DNA of 59,324 nucleotides from Psammoneis japonica (taxonomy: Eukaryota). The notes below the pieces were generated by a model. The model worked only from the letters and a program-made list of their open reading frames with translations, did no database searches and was not told where the DNA came from. The stretch is from assembly GCA_008632985.1 (NCBI GenBank), contig QPGO01000206.1, positions 62,001 through 121,324 of the forward strand. Reading direction: 5' to 3'. The translations under genes and the position numbers were made by a program. Every line of letters begins with the position of its first letter. Positions within the stretch are counted from its first letter, which is position 1. Of this stretch, positions 11,224 to 24,000 are shown piece after piece.

Positions 11224-12870
11224 TCAAAGATTGAGTTTATACTTTGGGTTGGGCGGGTTGATCACAGACGACTTGGGTATCTGGTGAACCTCCAAGATCT
11301 CTTTCTGTGCTTCTATAGCGGCTTGTACTTCAAACACAATCTCGTCGTCATGCTCCAAGCCAATACGGGCAAATGCCGGTTTCGCAGGCCGAGACACGCC
11401 TTCGCTGTCTCTTTTCTTGGATTCACGAGCAACTTCCTCGCACGAGGCTTCCCACATGTCGCGCAAATGCCGAAGAGATTTGACTGCTGTGCCGTTGTAG
11501 GTGGTGATACGCCGCCAGGGACGATTGTAGGCGTGTGACAGATTATGAGCAAAAATCTTGGTAAGCATAACCAACTCAATTTTACCATCCCAATCTCCAG
11601 GCCATTTTTCGACCCAAGTGTGGTAGGCCCCAAGAAGCCGAGTTCCGGCTTTCTTTCGCGTCATGAGCGTATGAGACATTGGCAGACAAACTAGCGCACC
11701 TAGAATGAGATAATCTGGTAGAAAGTCGACGTTTGGCCAACGTGGGAAAATGCTTGGAATATCTTGGAGCACACAGGGTTTGCTCTGGACGTGCTTTCCG
11801 TCGCGAAAAACCGTAAAGACTGTCTCTTCGTCAATGTGCTTGCCTCTGATCAAATAGCCATGTTGGATAAGCTCGTCTCCCCTTAATTTGACTTGGCCGT
11901 CGTCTGCAAGGCTCTTATCATCAATCTTGGTCAGTACGTCCCCCTTTTGAAGCGCATCCTTTACCGAAGGTGAGACATTTGTCAATAGAATGCCGTTGAC
12001 GTCTTCAGGTACTTCGTACACCAGACGAAGAGATTCGTTTTCAAGAGAGTGCCACTGGTAAGGAACACTTGGTGAGAGAGTATAGGTATCATTGTTTTCA
12101 CTGCAGCGACCCAGAAAGGCTCGAACAACATCAGCGGGAATGACATATCCGATATTGTCATCCGAACCCTGTGACGACTTGCAAAACGCCACGCCGGTGA
12201 CTTGTCCCTGTATCGATTGAAGGAATGATTGTTGCAGTTAACCCAAATAGAGGCAAGTGTAATATACAGTATGTTAATAGCCACACAATGTACGCACCCT
12301 GCTATTGAAGGCTGGTCCGCCGGAGTTGCCAGCGTTGATCGCCGCGTCAATCTGAATTACAAGACTCGTGTCCCCTACAGACACTAGCATGAGCTCATCG
12401 ATACGAGACACCACTCCTTCCGTCACACAAACTGTTTTTCCTCCAGAGGGAAAACCGACTACAGAAATTCTCTCCTGTAGCGCAGGGATATCATTCGCGA
12501 GTTCAAACGCAAGTGATGAGCCCTTTTCAAAAAACTTTGTCACGTTGTTTTCTCCCACAATTTCCACCAACGCAAGGTCCACGTCTGGACCGTAAACACT
12601 GATTTTGGCTGGAAATCTTTGGCTAGAACCATGCAATCGTACGCGAATATCAATGGCAGAAGCAACCACATGGGCGTTGGTAAGTATGAACAGCCGGCGT
12701 TGGTGCTCAATCACAAAGCCGCTGCCAGTGCACTTGAATTGTTGGCATCGCTGCCACGGCTGATCCCAGCACCACTCGACATAGCTAACTTCTAACAAAC
12801 AGACTCCGTCCTTTCCAGTCAGTGCAGTATTGTTGTAGTTGTCATTGACGTGGTTGAAAGCCGACGCCAT
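11224..12870 (-). CDS. Deg/HtrA serine protease (Do-like 2/9/10 type), 2 exons: 12870-12298, 12207-11224
   Basis: Catalytic triad LTNAHVV, DVDLALV, AINAGNSGGP; PDZ-like GDVLTKIDD; intron 12297-12208 joins NSR|GQVTGVAF in frame. Confidence 0.9.
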
Positions 12871-12952
12871 TTTCTTCAGTTTTTTTTTGTGCGGTAGGCG
12901 GTACCGGTACGGTAGACGGTAGGGCATTAGAGGTCTACAACCATGGTTTTGT

Positions 12953-13094
12953 CTGGACCTCAGACCTCGCAAACGCACGTGCGAGCCACGAGGTCTAATA
13001 ATGCTTTTTTCGCGAGGTCTAATGCTTTTTTCGCGAGGTCCAACGGTTTTTTCGCGAGGTCCAACGGTTTTTTGACTGGACCTCAGACCTCGCA
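12953..13094. repeat. Four ~21-bp tandem units bracketed by a 19-bp direct repeat in a divergent promoter
   Basis: Units CGAGGTC(T/C)AA(TGC/CGG)TTTTTTCG; flanks CTGGACCTCAGACCTCGCA at 12953 and 13076. Confidence 0.85.
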
Positions 13095-13296
13095 GCTCAC
13101 GGTCCTTGCACCACCAGATGACAGGCAGGCCAGTGACCTTTCAGCGCTCGCTCGCTCAGCGCCTTTCACCACCATGCCACCACCAGCAACAGCAATCAGA
13201 GTGAAACATTAACTACCACATACATTTTATTCCAAAACATCGCTTGCGAGCTTCAGGGGATTCATCAGTGAACAGAAAGAAAGCAATACAGTCGGT

Positions 13297-14214
13297 ATGG
13301 TTCGCCGTTCTCGAGAACTATGGGATGACGCAAGGAGACCGGACTCACCAAAGTCGGCTCTGCTTCGAGCGATGCTCTACGAGCTGCAGCCCATAAGAAT
13401 ATCTTCAATTGATGTCTCGTCAGTCAGAGAAATTGCACAATCCACGTCTAAGACCTTGGTATCGTTTGTTACTCAAACTGTACCCTCGATTGCTGCAGGG
13501 AGTTTCAGAATTGTTCGATCTACATCGCTTCGCCAGTGGTCTTGGATTTTAGGAGCTGTTGCATATTTCTACGGAATAAGATATATTCATCGGTGTGTAT
13601 CCAGTAAATGGACGTGGGAAAGCCTGAAAACCTTTTATTCTTGCTTGATTCGTCTAAAATACTTTTGCTGACGTTGACGTTTCGCTCCTGTCTGTTGCAG
13701 AGTTTTGGACGCTGGACCGATTGTGCTAATCATTTCTGCACTGGTTGCACTCTTTACGATTGGCCTTGATGATAATGCAAGTGGAGACGGAGTTTCAGCG
13801 TACTCGGTATTTAATCGAGGCTTTCAACGCTTACTTGGGAGCGTTGACGTCGAATCATTGGTTGCGCAGCATGTGGGGGGCGCAATGGGTGTTGCGCGTG
13901 CCGGACTTCCGGCACATCAGCAAGAGGACGCGGAACACGACAATGAGAATCTACAAGATGACCTTGGAGTTGCGAGGCTTCCACCGGATCGAAATGATGG
14001 AAATGAAGACAATGCCCCGCGAGCAAGATCACGAAAGTCTGGAAAGAAGGCAAGGCGAGGAAACCTTGAGCAACGCCGCGAGGCACAACGACAGCGACAA
14101 GCAGCCATGGACTTGGGTTTTGCGGGAGATGGCGGTCCGGAGGAAATGATGGCGATGCAGAGATTGCTAGAGGAGCAAATAGCGGCTAACGCGGCAAACA
14201 ATGATGAGGACTGA
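13297..14214 (+). CDS. SAYSD1: SAYSvFN-domain protein, 2 exons: 13297-13592, 13701-14214
   Basis: SAYSVFNRG motif after a hydrophobic hairpin; in-frame GT-AG intron 13593-13700. Confidence 0.85.
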
Positions 14215-14311
14215 GTCCCTGATATTGTTGCTTGGTGTTGAAAAAATAGATAATAGCAATTTTTGAGTCTCTGTCTCATTGTTCCATTTCATGCTTAACT
14301 GCAATCCACTT

Positions 14312-15330
14312 TTAATGTAGGGAGCCGACAATCAAAGGTACGTCCAGAGAAAGGCGAACGAAGTCGAGAAGGGTCAAGATCATCATGCCGTAACCACAAC
14401 TCGAGACAAACGTATCCCAAATCGATGTATTTTTTGCACCCGCTTTCGTCGAATCAATTTCATCGTCAAAGTAAAGGAAGGCTGGGAAAGAGACGAGGAA
14501 ATATATTCCATAAAATGCGCTCTGGCGGGGTACAAGGAAACCGTTGGATGATGATCAGCACGTAGTGACAAGTCCGGCAACTCGAAATGTAGCTACGATC
14601 CACTTTTACTTACTCCAATTGTATAAGCCATATCTCGGTCTTCGAAGGAGTAGTACGGGAACGATGAAATGGTAAGGGTCTCCATAAATGCTGTAAAGTA
14701 CGAAAAGAAGACAACCACCCCCACAAACAAAATGGTTCTTGAAATGCCCGATTCGTAGCTTGTCACCACCTTTCTTAACAGCGCATTTGAGAAAACGTGG
14801 TAGGTTGAGAAATAAAAATGTGTTGCAAAGTAAAACGCAATGGGGACATTGTTGAGTCGATGAGCTGGCATGGTGTACTGAGCCTTGAGGACAGAGTAAA
14901 AGTAATGTGTGTACCAGTAGTTGCCGATGAACGAGTAAGTTGCAATCCACAGGTTAGCCTTGGTAGAATATCGCTCCAACAAAGGGCGGTTTCTGTCCGG
15001 GGAAGCGAAAGCAGCAGACGGTAAAAAAATCGGTTGCAGCAATAAAGGTAATGCAAGCCCAACGCAAACAACGTTGTAAGAAGTTGCTGTGAAGTCTTCG
15101 TAGAGTTGACCAACAACAATCACGGCGAATAATGCAATCCAAACGGGTGTATAGCATAATGCATACATTTCATAAGCATACTTAGATGGATGCGTCTTTG
15201 GATCAGGAAAAAATCTGGAAAAGGAGCTCTTATTTGGTGTTTGGATCAGCGTCATTCCTACCAACACCGCCACCATGGTGGCCAAGATACCGCTCATTTT
15301 GATCGCGATTGGAGGTAACATTGAATCCAT
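14312..15330 (-). CDS. CPI1: Cycloeucalenol cycloisomerase, 2 exons: 15330-14614, 14521-14312
   Basis: Motifs FIGNYWYTHYFYSVL, NNVPI, TAFMETLTI; exon 2 continues SAFYGIYFLVSFP after intron 14613-14522. Confidence 0.92.
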
Positions 15331-15722
15331 TTTTGAAATCTCCTTTTCGTCCTTTGCACTTTGAATACGGCCGAGCGGGGCGCCTTGGGTAGTCTTTGTC
15401 TACTCTACTATCAGAAACTCTTCTTACTCTTCGCTCTTCGCCTCAATTGCTCATTGCTGGAGCGAGGATCGAGCCGGAGACACCGGACACCGGACACCGT
15501 ATCGCGCGGTTGGTAGATGATACATACAACAGCTCTTTTTGCCGTCGGTCTTCGTCCGTTGCTCGGGTTCCGAGGTCATCACTTCCCACTTGCTACTACT
15601 AGAAGTAGCTTGACGCTTTCCTACAGTAGAGAGGGCTAACCTAGAGAGTATTTCTTGTCCAAGATTTACAGTCACCAAGGCATGACAACACTGTATGTGC
15701 ATTTAAACATAGGCTCGCTACA

Positions 15723-16610
15723 CTATTCTTCCCTTTTGACTGCGACGCGATATTGGGGAGAAGTCCATCTGAACTCTCGTTTCTCTCGACAACTCTGAAC
15801 AGTCTTTCGCCGCGCTTCCTTTCTAGTCATTTCATAGAACTTTCCATTGGTATCTTTCTTTAGAAAGCGACTACCCTCGGACATGACAAGATCCACTATC
15901 ATCCAACTCATTTTCGTCTTCTCTTGCTTCGTCAAGTTCTCGTCGAGGTACCTGGACTTCCACTTGTTCACAATGTTGCGGTACCGCAGATTCCCCAAGT
16001 GGCGGTTAGTAAACCCGCCTTTTCCGCACAGCACGTCCAAGTCTTGAATTTCGCTTACGTAGATCCTGCCGGGGTGACTCTTCTTGTTTGCAGCGGGAAC
16101 GCTATCTTTTTGCTCGGTCTTCATCAGCTCTCCTGTCATGGGAGCGTCGGTTGCGTCATCCCTGTTAGCTGCAGGGCACGTCGGTTGATTCTTTCGTGTG
16201 GATGAAGCTTTCTCCCAATCTGATTCAATATCTTCCAGCTCAGATTTGGGAATCGCAGGCTTTGTCACGGGAATGCTCGCCGTGCAATGATCCATTGCCG
16301 TTTCCGGACTAGTTGGACGAAATTGCTCTGCCGGCATGTCCTCGAAGTGAAAGTCAAGTTCTAGTGCATGTTTCATCAAATCGTATGTGCTGCTCTCATT
16401 TTCGAAGGTTGGAAACGGGACATCCGTTGGCAAACAGTCTGTGACAGAGGTTGAAATCTCATCGAAAATGGTCTCGTCGATATTCACAGCTGGATCGTAG
16501 GTGCTCTTATGTTCCTGTATCCAAGCAGAACTGGCCGTACGCAGTTCGTACGAGTTATTTATGCTTGTGTACAAGAGTGGTTCATGTGAAAACTGTGTTG
16601 AGATGGGCAT
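15723..16610 (-). CDS. DUF6824-domain protein
   Basis: DVLCGKGG..HLGNLRYR..KTKMSWMIV..GSRFLKK..ARRKTVQSCRE, typical of this diatom-expanded family; start chosen at the first ATG. Confidence 0.8.
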   Translation of the reverse strand: MPISTQFSHEPLLYTSINNSYELRTASSAWIQEHKSTYDPAVNIDETIFDEISTSVTDCLPTDVPFPTFENESSTYDLMKHALELDFHFEDMPAEQFRPTSPETAMDHCTASIPVTKPAIPKSELEDIESDWEKASSTRKNQPTCPAANRDDATDAPMTGELMKTEQKDSVPAANKKSHPGRIYVSEIQDLDVLCGKGGFTNRHLGNLRYRNIVNKWKSRYLDENLTKQEKTKMSWMIVDLVMSEGSRFLKKDTNGKFYEMTRKEARRKTVQSCREKREFRWTSPQYRVAVKREE

Positions 16611-16986
16611 GATGCGTCTCGATGACAGAACGTGTGCCAGAATTCCAAATTGTGCGACTGCCAAAACTCCTGTCGTAGGGCACAAACCAAGAGGGAAAAG
16701 CCATGACTCATCAGTACAAATATCTATTGAATTCTACGTACGACAAAACGTACCGAAATCACGTAACATATCTGTACGTACCAAATTTACATACGACGAT
16801 TCGCGTGGAATAGTACTTCAAGATTAGGGCATTCAAAGGAGCATGCAGACGAGCATGCAAACAGAAAGTGCAATTTTTTCCAAGCTTGTCCAAGAGTTTG
16901 GCGTCGAGAACATAGCATCGCAATGCTAACCTTCATGCCGTCGCACACCTACTGACCGTTCAGCTTTAGTGTGTTCATTCTGACTT

Positions 16987-18861
16987 TCATAGGCTCTTCA
17001 TCAGCGGCGCGGCAGCTGTAATGTTACTCAACAGCACAGATGCTAACGGCGCTTCACGTAGCGGTGACGACTCGCATGCTTGTAGTGCTTGCAAAAGCTC
17101 TAGTTTGCGGGGATGCACATTTTGCTTGTAGTGATCATCAATAGCTCTTTTCGAGACACCCCAAGCGGACTCAATCAAACTGATGCCACGACTCCACGTC
17201 ATTTGCTCCGTCCATGCATCCCACATTCGTCGCATTTCATACTCTATCTTGGCAGTAGGATCGTGTTGAATGGGAGTATGTGAAAAGACATCAAACGCCG
17301 GCGCTGAACCCGTACTACATCGTGACGTTCGTTTGCCAACATTCTCAGTAGCCTCTTGCACATTGTCAGTGTCCCTCTCAGTTTCTGAGTTCAAAACTAC
17401 CGAGAATTGTTTGTCGGCCTTGCATCGTTGTTGTTTCCCCCCGAGGGCTATTCGCTTTCGCTTTCTCGATGTGCTTTTCTTTTCTTGTTGCTGTTGTGCC
17501 TGCAGTGCCAATCGTTGCATCGTATCTCCCGCCAAACACACAAAGTGTGTAAATGACGCACAAATAATAGACAGTTTCGTTCCGTTGCTTGCATTTGACT
17601 CCTTTGATACGAGCAGCCGAATACAGGCCAGCGCCACGGGTGGCAGATCCAACTTACGCGTCGCGTGTTCCACAAATCGATCCGTGTCTTGATTTTGTAT
17701 CGGATTCCCATTGTTATACAAATGGGTCGAAATGGATCGCGCATAGTCCGGAAAAGTCGATTTGATTTCTGCAATAGCTTTGCACGCATGTTTGGTTTTG
17801 ATAATGTTGCCTTTCGTGCTCTCGTCGTCGCAGTCTTTCCCAGCGTTGCACACCTCCTGGAGGGATCGCGTCCATCCAAGGTTTCGTGCAGTCAAAAACA
17901 AGAGCGCGCATACAAGAGACGTTATTTGCTTGCGCTTATTCCATTCTCGTAGTCGCTCTGCGCTCTCCTCTCTTGCTGTTGCAGTACTAGGTTGCTTCTT
18001 GGTTTTCGATATTCGACTCGACACACCCTTGACATGGAATCCATTGCGTCGTGCAGCATATCGACATAACATCGTGGTCGCTTCATGGCTAACACGATGA
18101 GGCAAATGAAGAGATTGACATGCTCGTTGCAACAACGAGTAGGCACAATACAAATCAGCCGCTGCCGTCTTGAGAGGCTTGTCCATCTGTTGAAACAAAT
18201 CCTGTCTTTCTTGATCATCAAAAGGTTGTAGTGACGTCGATTGTTCCTGTGGAGTCCCATGCAGTAAAATAGCCCGTTGAATGGACCACTTTTCAGTCAC
18301 CAGCGCAGCTTGAGTAAGAACTGCATGTTCTTCCTCGTGATCCAGTTGTAAATCGTGATCAGGACGAACATCGGTTGTTGTCATTAGTTCTGTGTTGTCG
18401 TAATGCTTTCGCTGTACCTGTCGTGAGATCTTCGCTTCTTTCAAAGCCTTGGTATACTGACGTACCATCAATGCGTCGACTTGTCGGTTGGTCTTGGTAA
18501 GTCGTTTTCGTATGGCGTCATGCTGAGAATACCCATTGTGATGATTTGCCCCAAACACGTGTTTTGATAGTCGGGTCGGTTCCAAACCCCCAAGAAAACG
18601 TCCTTCATCTACTGGAACCATTCCACACCGAGCCCTGGTCGATATTGCATTTCCCGTTTCGTTTTGGTCTTGTGCAAAGTCTCTCCACTCGGGGCCCGTG
18701 TCACAGACGTGCTCTTCATTCACGACACCGCAGTTCGTACAGACAACGTCTCCCGCTGACCAATCTAAAAGCAGAGACGAAACGTGACAATGGCGACATG
18801 CACGTCGGCCATCATCAGGTTCCTGTTGTTGTTGCTCCTGCATTGCCGGCGCCCTTGTCAT
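16987..18861 (-). CDS. TFIIB-family protein (divergent, long)
   Basis: Zn ribbon CRHC...GDVVCTNCGVV plus B-reader-like DTGPEWRDF; cyclin-fold signatures (ALLFLTARNLGWTRSLQEV, RFVEHATRKLDLP). Confidence 0.8.
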   Translation of the reverse strand: MTRAPAMQEQQQQEPDDGRRACRHCHVSSLLLDWSAGDVVCTNCGVVNEEHVCDTGPEWRDFAQDQNETGNAISTRARCGMVPVDEGRFLGGLEPTRLSKHVFGANHHNGYSQHDAIRKRLTKTNRQVDALMVRQYTKALKEAKISRQVQRKHYDNTELMTTTDVRPDHDLQLDHEEEHAVLTQAALVTEKWSIQRAILLHGTPQEQSTSLQPFDDQERQDLFQQMDKPLKTAAADLYCAYSLLQRACQSLHLPHRVSHEATTMLCRYAARRNGFHVKGVSSRISKTKKQPSTATAREESAERLREWNKRKQITSLVCALLFLTARNLGWTRSLQEVCNAGKDCDDESTKGNIIKTKHACKAIAEIKSTFPDYARSISTHLYNNGNPIQNQDTDRFVEHATRKLDLPPVALACIRLLVSKESNASNGTKLSIICASFTHFVCLAGDTMQRLALQAQQQQEKKSTSRKRKRIALGGKQQRCKADKQFSVVLNSETERDTDNVQEATENVGKRTSRCSTGSAPAFDVFSHTPIQHDPTAKIEYEMRRMWDAWTEQMTWSRGISLIESAWGVSKRAIDDHYKQNVHPRKLELLQALQACESSPLREAPLASVLLSNITAAAPLMKSL

Positions 18862-19275
18862 TGTCAAAAGAGACAGTTCAACACACCTTCTGTCGTATCG
18901 CTGTCGGTATTAGGTCGTGGTGGCTGCAGTTAGTTGCAAATTGAAAAGCTCGCCCAAAGCGCGGGGTTGCTGGGCGGGTGGCGGGAGGAAGCTGGACGCG
19001 CATACATGCGCGATTTCATCGTAACTATTTCAGGAAGGCGGATGAGCTTTTCCGTTCCAGGGCCTGCTCGAGCTCGCGCGCTCGCTCGCTCTAACAACGT
19101 CTGCTTTCGTCCGTCACCACCCACCACCACACAAACAAACCAAAACGCCACCAGCCATGCATGACGGCGACAACTCTCCATTTACTTTATCAAGACGGGC
19201 TCAGAACAGAAAGCCTCTCTCTAGAGAGTAGCTACTAGCACTATCTACTGTACATACTTCCTTGCTCTCTCGAGG

Positions 19276-20916
19276 ATGACATCGATAATATTGCTACTCC
19301 TTTGCCTAGTTTTTCCCGCTGTTGCATTTCAACCTCAATGCCGGTGCACAAGACCTTACCCAATAGCGGGAGAAAGAACAACGTCGCAACGACATGATAC
19401 TTCTCGCTTTATGCGGAATGACCCCTTTGGCGACTTCGATGAGGACGATGAGGAAACTGCAAAGTACCAATTACAGGAACCAGTCTCTCCGTCCCCGAGT
19501 GAGGTCAAGGATTTAGCAATTCCCAAGTCTCATTTTTACAGCAAGAAATCCTTGAACGAGCCGACATTCTCTCTTGACAACAAGAGCCTATTTCAACGAT
19601 TATGCAAGGGCGCAGGTATCACACGTCCATCGAGAATCCAGTCCTTGGCATGGCCGGTCTTGTTGCAAGGCAAGCATGCTCTCGTAGCGGACCAAACAGG
19701 AAGCGGCAAGACCTTGGCATACCTCATCCCTCTATTGCAAAAGGCGTTATCGTCTTTAGAAAAGAACAGACAACCTGGTGCGCCTCGGATTTTAATATTG
19801 GCTCCAACTGCAGAATTGGCAGATCAAATACACAAGGTCTGTGAAAACATTGCAAAGGAACAACCCTTCAAAACCATGGTTATTACAGCAACCGGTGGAT
19901 ACAATACCAACATTCGCGACCAAATTAGGCTACTGCAAAGACAGCCGGTGGACGTGTTGATTTCCACTCCGGGTCGGATTGCTACCATTCTAAGAACCCG
20001 AGATTCTGGTTTAGATTTGACGAAATTACAGTCACTGGTCCTGGATGAAGTCGATGTCTTGTTGATTGACGAAACGTTTGGACCGCAGTTGCGTACAGTA
20101 GGTGTCGCTACGCCAGTCAAGAGGACACAATTTGTGTTTTGTACAGCCACATTGCCGGATGATATCGTCCAGACGGTTGAAAAAGAGTTTGCCCAAGTGG
20201 TGCAGATTCGAGGACCAGGATTGCATCGTGTCGCGCCGACACTCAAGGAACACTTGGTGGATGTCTCTGTTCCATCCGCATCAAATCGTGATGCACAATT
20301 ATGTTTTGAAATCAAGGCTACACAATTACTCAAAGCGTTGAGAACCAACAAATGTCGAAGAACTCTGGTATTTTGCAACACAGTCGAGACGTGTCGAATG
20401 GTGGAAAACGTCTTGTCACGACACGACAAGCGCGGAGTCTTGTATGAGGTTAATGCCTACCATAATGCAATGACGAGTCAAGCAAGAAACAAGAATTTAG
20501 CCAGATTTAGTAATAGCGAACGGCGAGACAGGGACGCTGTGCTTATTTGTACCGACCGGGCAGCGCGAGGCGTCGATTTCGATGCGGCACCCGTCGATCA
20601 TGTTGTGATTTTTGATTTCCCGAACAATCCTGCAGAGTATGTTCGTCGCGTCGGACGAACCGCGAGAGCGGGACGAAAAGGAACTTGCACGGTGCTGGCA
20701 TATGGATGGCAGTTACCGATTGCTAGAAGCATCATGGGGAAAAAGCTAGAGAGCTTTACAATTGCGCGAGACGACGACCAATCGACTGAAGAATTCAGCG
20801 TTCAAAAGAGAAAGGCAAAACAACAGCAAAGGTTGAAACGAAAGATAAAGACAGAAAAGGACAGAATGATCAAAGGAAACATCGAAAGCGGACGAACTTG
20901 GAAAGAGAGAAAGTAG
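19276..20916 (+). CDS. Plastid-targeted DEAD-box RNA helicase (RH50/RH39-like)
   Basis: Motifs [40 protein letters not shown]; signal peptide with AVA-FQP cleavage motif. Confidence 0.92.
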   Translation: MTSIILLLLCLVFPAVAFQPQCRCTRPYPIAGERTTSQRHDTSRFMRNDPFGDFDEDDEETAKYQLQEPVSPSPSEVKDLAIPKSHFYSKKSLNEPTFSLDNKSLFQRLCKGAGITRPSRIQSLAWPVLLQGKHALVADQTGSGKTLAYLIPLLQKALSSLEKNRQPGAPRILILAPTAELADQIHKVCENIAKEQPFKTMVITATGGYNTNIRDQIRLLQRQPVDVLISTPGRIATILRTRDSGLDLTKLQSLVLDEVDVLLIDETFGPQLRTVGVATPVKRTQFVFCTATLPDDIVQTVEKEFAQVVQIRGPGLHRVAPTLKEHLVDVSVPSASNRDAQLCFEIKATQLLKALRTNKCRRTLVFCNTVETCRMVENVLSRHDKRGVLYEVNAYHNAMTSQARNKNLARFSNSERRDRDAVLICTDRAARGVDFDAAPVDHVVIFDFPNNPAEYVRRVGRTARAGRKGTCTVLAYGWQLPIARSIMGKKLESFTIARDDDQSTEEFSVQKRKAKQQQRLKRKIKTEKDRMIKGNIESGRTWKERK

Positions 20917-21020
20917 TAAACTGCTCTTGGTGACGAATTTACTGTTGCTGTATCGACAGAATCTCTGTACCGAGATATGAAAATCTGAGCTCACTTACAG
21001 ATTCGATTCGTGTGTTATCG

Positions 21021-24000
21021 TTAGTTGAGGCACTTCTTTCCCGAATTGATTTGTCTCACGGTCAGTGCACCCGAGAGCGGAGCATAAAGTATATTATGAA
21101 AGAGTGGCGGGTAGGAGTCGCTTTCGTGATACGTAGACAACATCATTGACTTTGTCTCATTTACACGATTAAGATTGTCCGAGTTTTGTTCTTTTTCGTC
21201 TTGTAATTTGGCGCTCGGCTTTGTACAGCCGCCCATCACGAGATGACAGGTACGAAGGTTAGACACAGCATTCGATTCTCTCGGTGACACGACACAAGCA
21301 GCAGCTTTAAAATGCTGTAGCAACGAACGACTGCGATTGCGGCTCATTCGTTTTCTTTTGAGCTGCGTAACGCATGGAACACGTGGTTGTAGGAGGTCAC
21401 GTCTGGCTCTACCTTCGCGTTCAGCAGAATCGCCTCCTCTTCCATTACTTTCAAGACAAACTACATTATTTTTGACACTGTTCCTCTGCATCCAGATTTC
21501 GCCCAGGCAAACAAAACTTCATTATAGCTACGTCGATCAGCTTTGGCGTCACAGTTCCGTTCTCGGATCCTGTTTTCATCCATTTGACAAGGGCACTTGC
21601 TCGTTCAGGCACATCAGCTTCGTAGCCATGCGACCACGCTCGGATTGCAGAAACGGTATTCGACTTGATGGCACACGAGACGGTCGCTCGAGGTCGCTCG
21701 TTGTTGCGGCTGACACCATTCGTGAATGCGTAGAAACTGAATTGGAGAAGCCTGTAGAAAAGCCTACAGTCAGTCACGCTTTTCAAGTTTTGACAGGAGG
21801 GTGGGCACGTTTGCATTCGGTTCCTCGTAGGCTCTCTAGGCCCCAGGTGAAACAGCAGAGGCCGAGACTATGTTGGATTCATCCATGATGAATATTATCT
21901 ACTTTAGAGCTCTTCTACAATGGCACTCAGTTTATTGGATTCTCGTGCTTGCTCCCGGGCACGTCCCCGAAGATGCCATGCTCAACTGACAATGAAATGA
22001 AGAATTCTTGATCGAAAATGTCGGTAGGGTAAGACTACTCATTCTCTGTCCCCATGATTAAGGAGTAGCCTCACAGGCTGGTTTAACGACACTTCCGTGC
22101 GTACTCGACAGTGCCGGGGGTGTTATGTCAAGCACTGTGGGGATCGGCTTACTGTCACGCGTCATCATTGCACAATATTTAGGGTCAAAATCTCCCGTGC
22201 AGTCTAGGCTACCGGTACCAACCACATGGTCACGCAGAAAATAGCAATCTGCCTATCCACTTTTTTTTTTAGGGTTGAGCATCGTTTTGCCACCTACGTC
22301 AGCACATCAACAATTCAAGTGAGTGACACAAAAGAAATGTTATCTCACAGAGGTCAGCCCGAAAAATACGTACATTGTGCAAAGGGGGCGGTACAAGAGC
22401 TTCTGGTGGAAAAGAGTTTTCTCAAATCTTTTTGATTCCTCGCCCAGTGACCCTTCCTGGTAACAGGAACATTGCGAACCCTCTCTCATCCATCCCTTTT
22501 TGAAAGCACATATGGCATTACGGGGGTTGCACTTCTTTGTCTGATGCCGCATTTTCTTCGAGAAATTTACAAGGCAAGTAGGTCTATTCCTCTCCTGTCA
22601 TAATGCCGTCTGTAGGGAGCACGCATGAATCGCAGAAAACCACAAAGTTAACGCGGCATCGGGTCAAGTTCAAGCCTTCGGGCTCGCATTGGCGGCACAC
22701 CTCGCATCGAACTCCAAGCGACTTAGCCACCAAGAGGCTCTCGAGCAATCCTCTCTCGTAAAGCGGATCTGAAAGGATCTTTCCGCTCATTACCAGTCAT
22801 TTTGTTGAACTTTGGCGGACGCGGCGGGGGGTCTGCTTCAGCTGGTAGCCCTTGCGCAGGCTAACTCGGCAATGGTTGAATGCACCTCGTTTGCTGAGGC
22901 ATGAGTACATTTCGGCCTCGGAGACAAATAGTGAGACGTTTCGCGTAACCATTTCACACTCTCCGCGAGTTTGTCCTCAGCATTGACGAAGCCCATGGCC
23001 TGCCACTGTGCGCAGAGCACATGAACCCACTCGCATCGATTGTGTCACTGTCGTCACCTGCATCTGGCTTTAGTGCGGATGTAAGGTTTAAAGGCCTCCT
23101 TGCTTTCTTGGGCGAAGCTTGCAACGGGCTGGGGGCGGAGAGTTTCGTGTGGATACCGCTGGTGCACGCCGTTCTAGTTGCTTAGCGAGGCCATGCGAAC
23201 CCGCGGATGCAGGTGTCAAGCGCGACAGCTCAGAAGAGGTGCAAATCCAACAAGCGGTCCGTGGTGTCGTCATTGTTTGAATCATCATTGTCCTCGCTAG
23301 AGCGATCGTGACTGCCGCGAACACACCGATCGTACCAGCCTTGACGACTCGGTTCCGGAACTTGGTCCACACCTTGTCTTGAACGAGTTATACCGTGTCC
23401 GGGTCAACTTCCAAAACTTGCTTAGGAGAAACATCAAATCCCAAAAGCCTCGCATAGTACGTCAAGGAAAAGGAATCGGTTCGCGGCTCATACAACCCAC
23501 GTGTACAATTCGGCACCGCTGGGAATACACTCGGTCGTAGGATTTGGATTTAGAGGGAACTGTGGTAAATCCAGCAATGGATTCACAACACGATTGGAAA
23601 AGTCGTTCAGCAATCCTGACCAGCCGTTGTCGTTTTGTCGGCGCAGCCGGCCACAGTCGAGGACGGTTTCTTTCTCGACGGTCGACACGGCTTCCTCTTG
23701 GTCAGTGGGTGACACCACCGAAGATCTGCGTCGCTAACTCTTGGTGGAGCTGCTTCGATTCTTGAATGGAACGCGTGACTTTGATGCCATCTGCAGCTGC
23801 TGTGGTTGTTGCTGTTGTTCAGGCTGCTGTTGTCGTGGCGGCCGCGGATAAGGAGGAGGCATTGGCATGTGCTGCGGCACAACTGGAAAAGCAGGCTGAG
23901 GACCCATGATGGGTGCACGGGAGGATGCGGAAACGTGTTTCACTGCTGCGGTAGAACTTGACCCGGCGTTGCCACATTTCTTACTCTTGGTCATGACTCC

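Noticed and set aside
14312..15330. Plant-type CPI1 as a novelty
   Set aside because: A cycloartenol-route sterol pathway is already established in diatoms.
22390..22425. Peptide TLFHQKLL shared with an ORF at ~41650
   Set aside because: Different codons, no flanking similarity; treated as chance.
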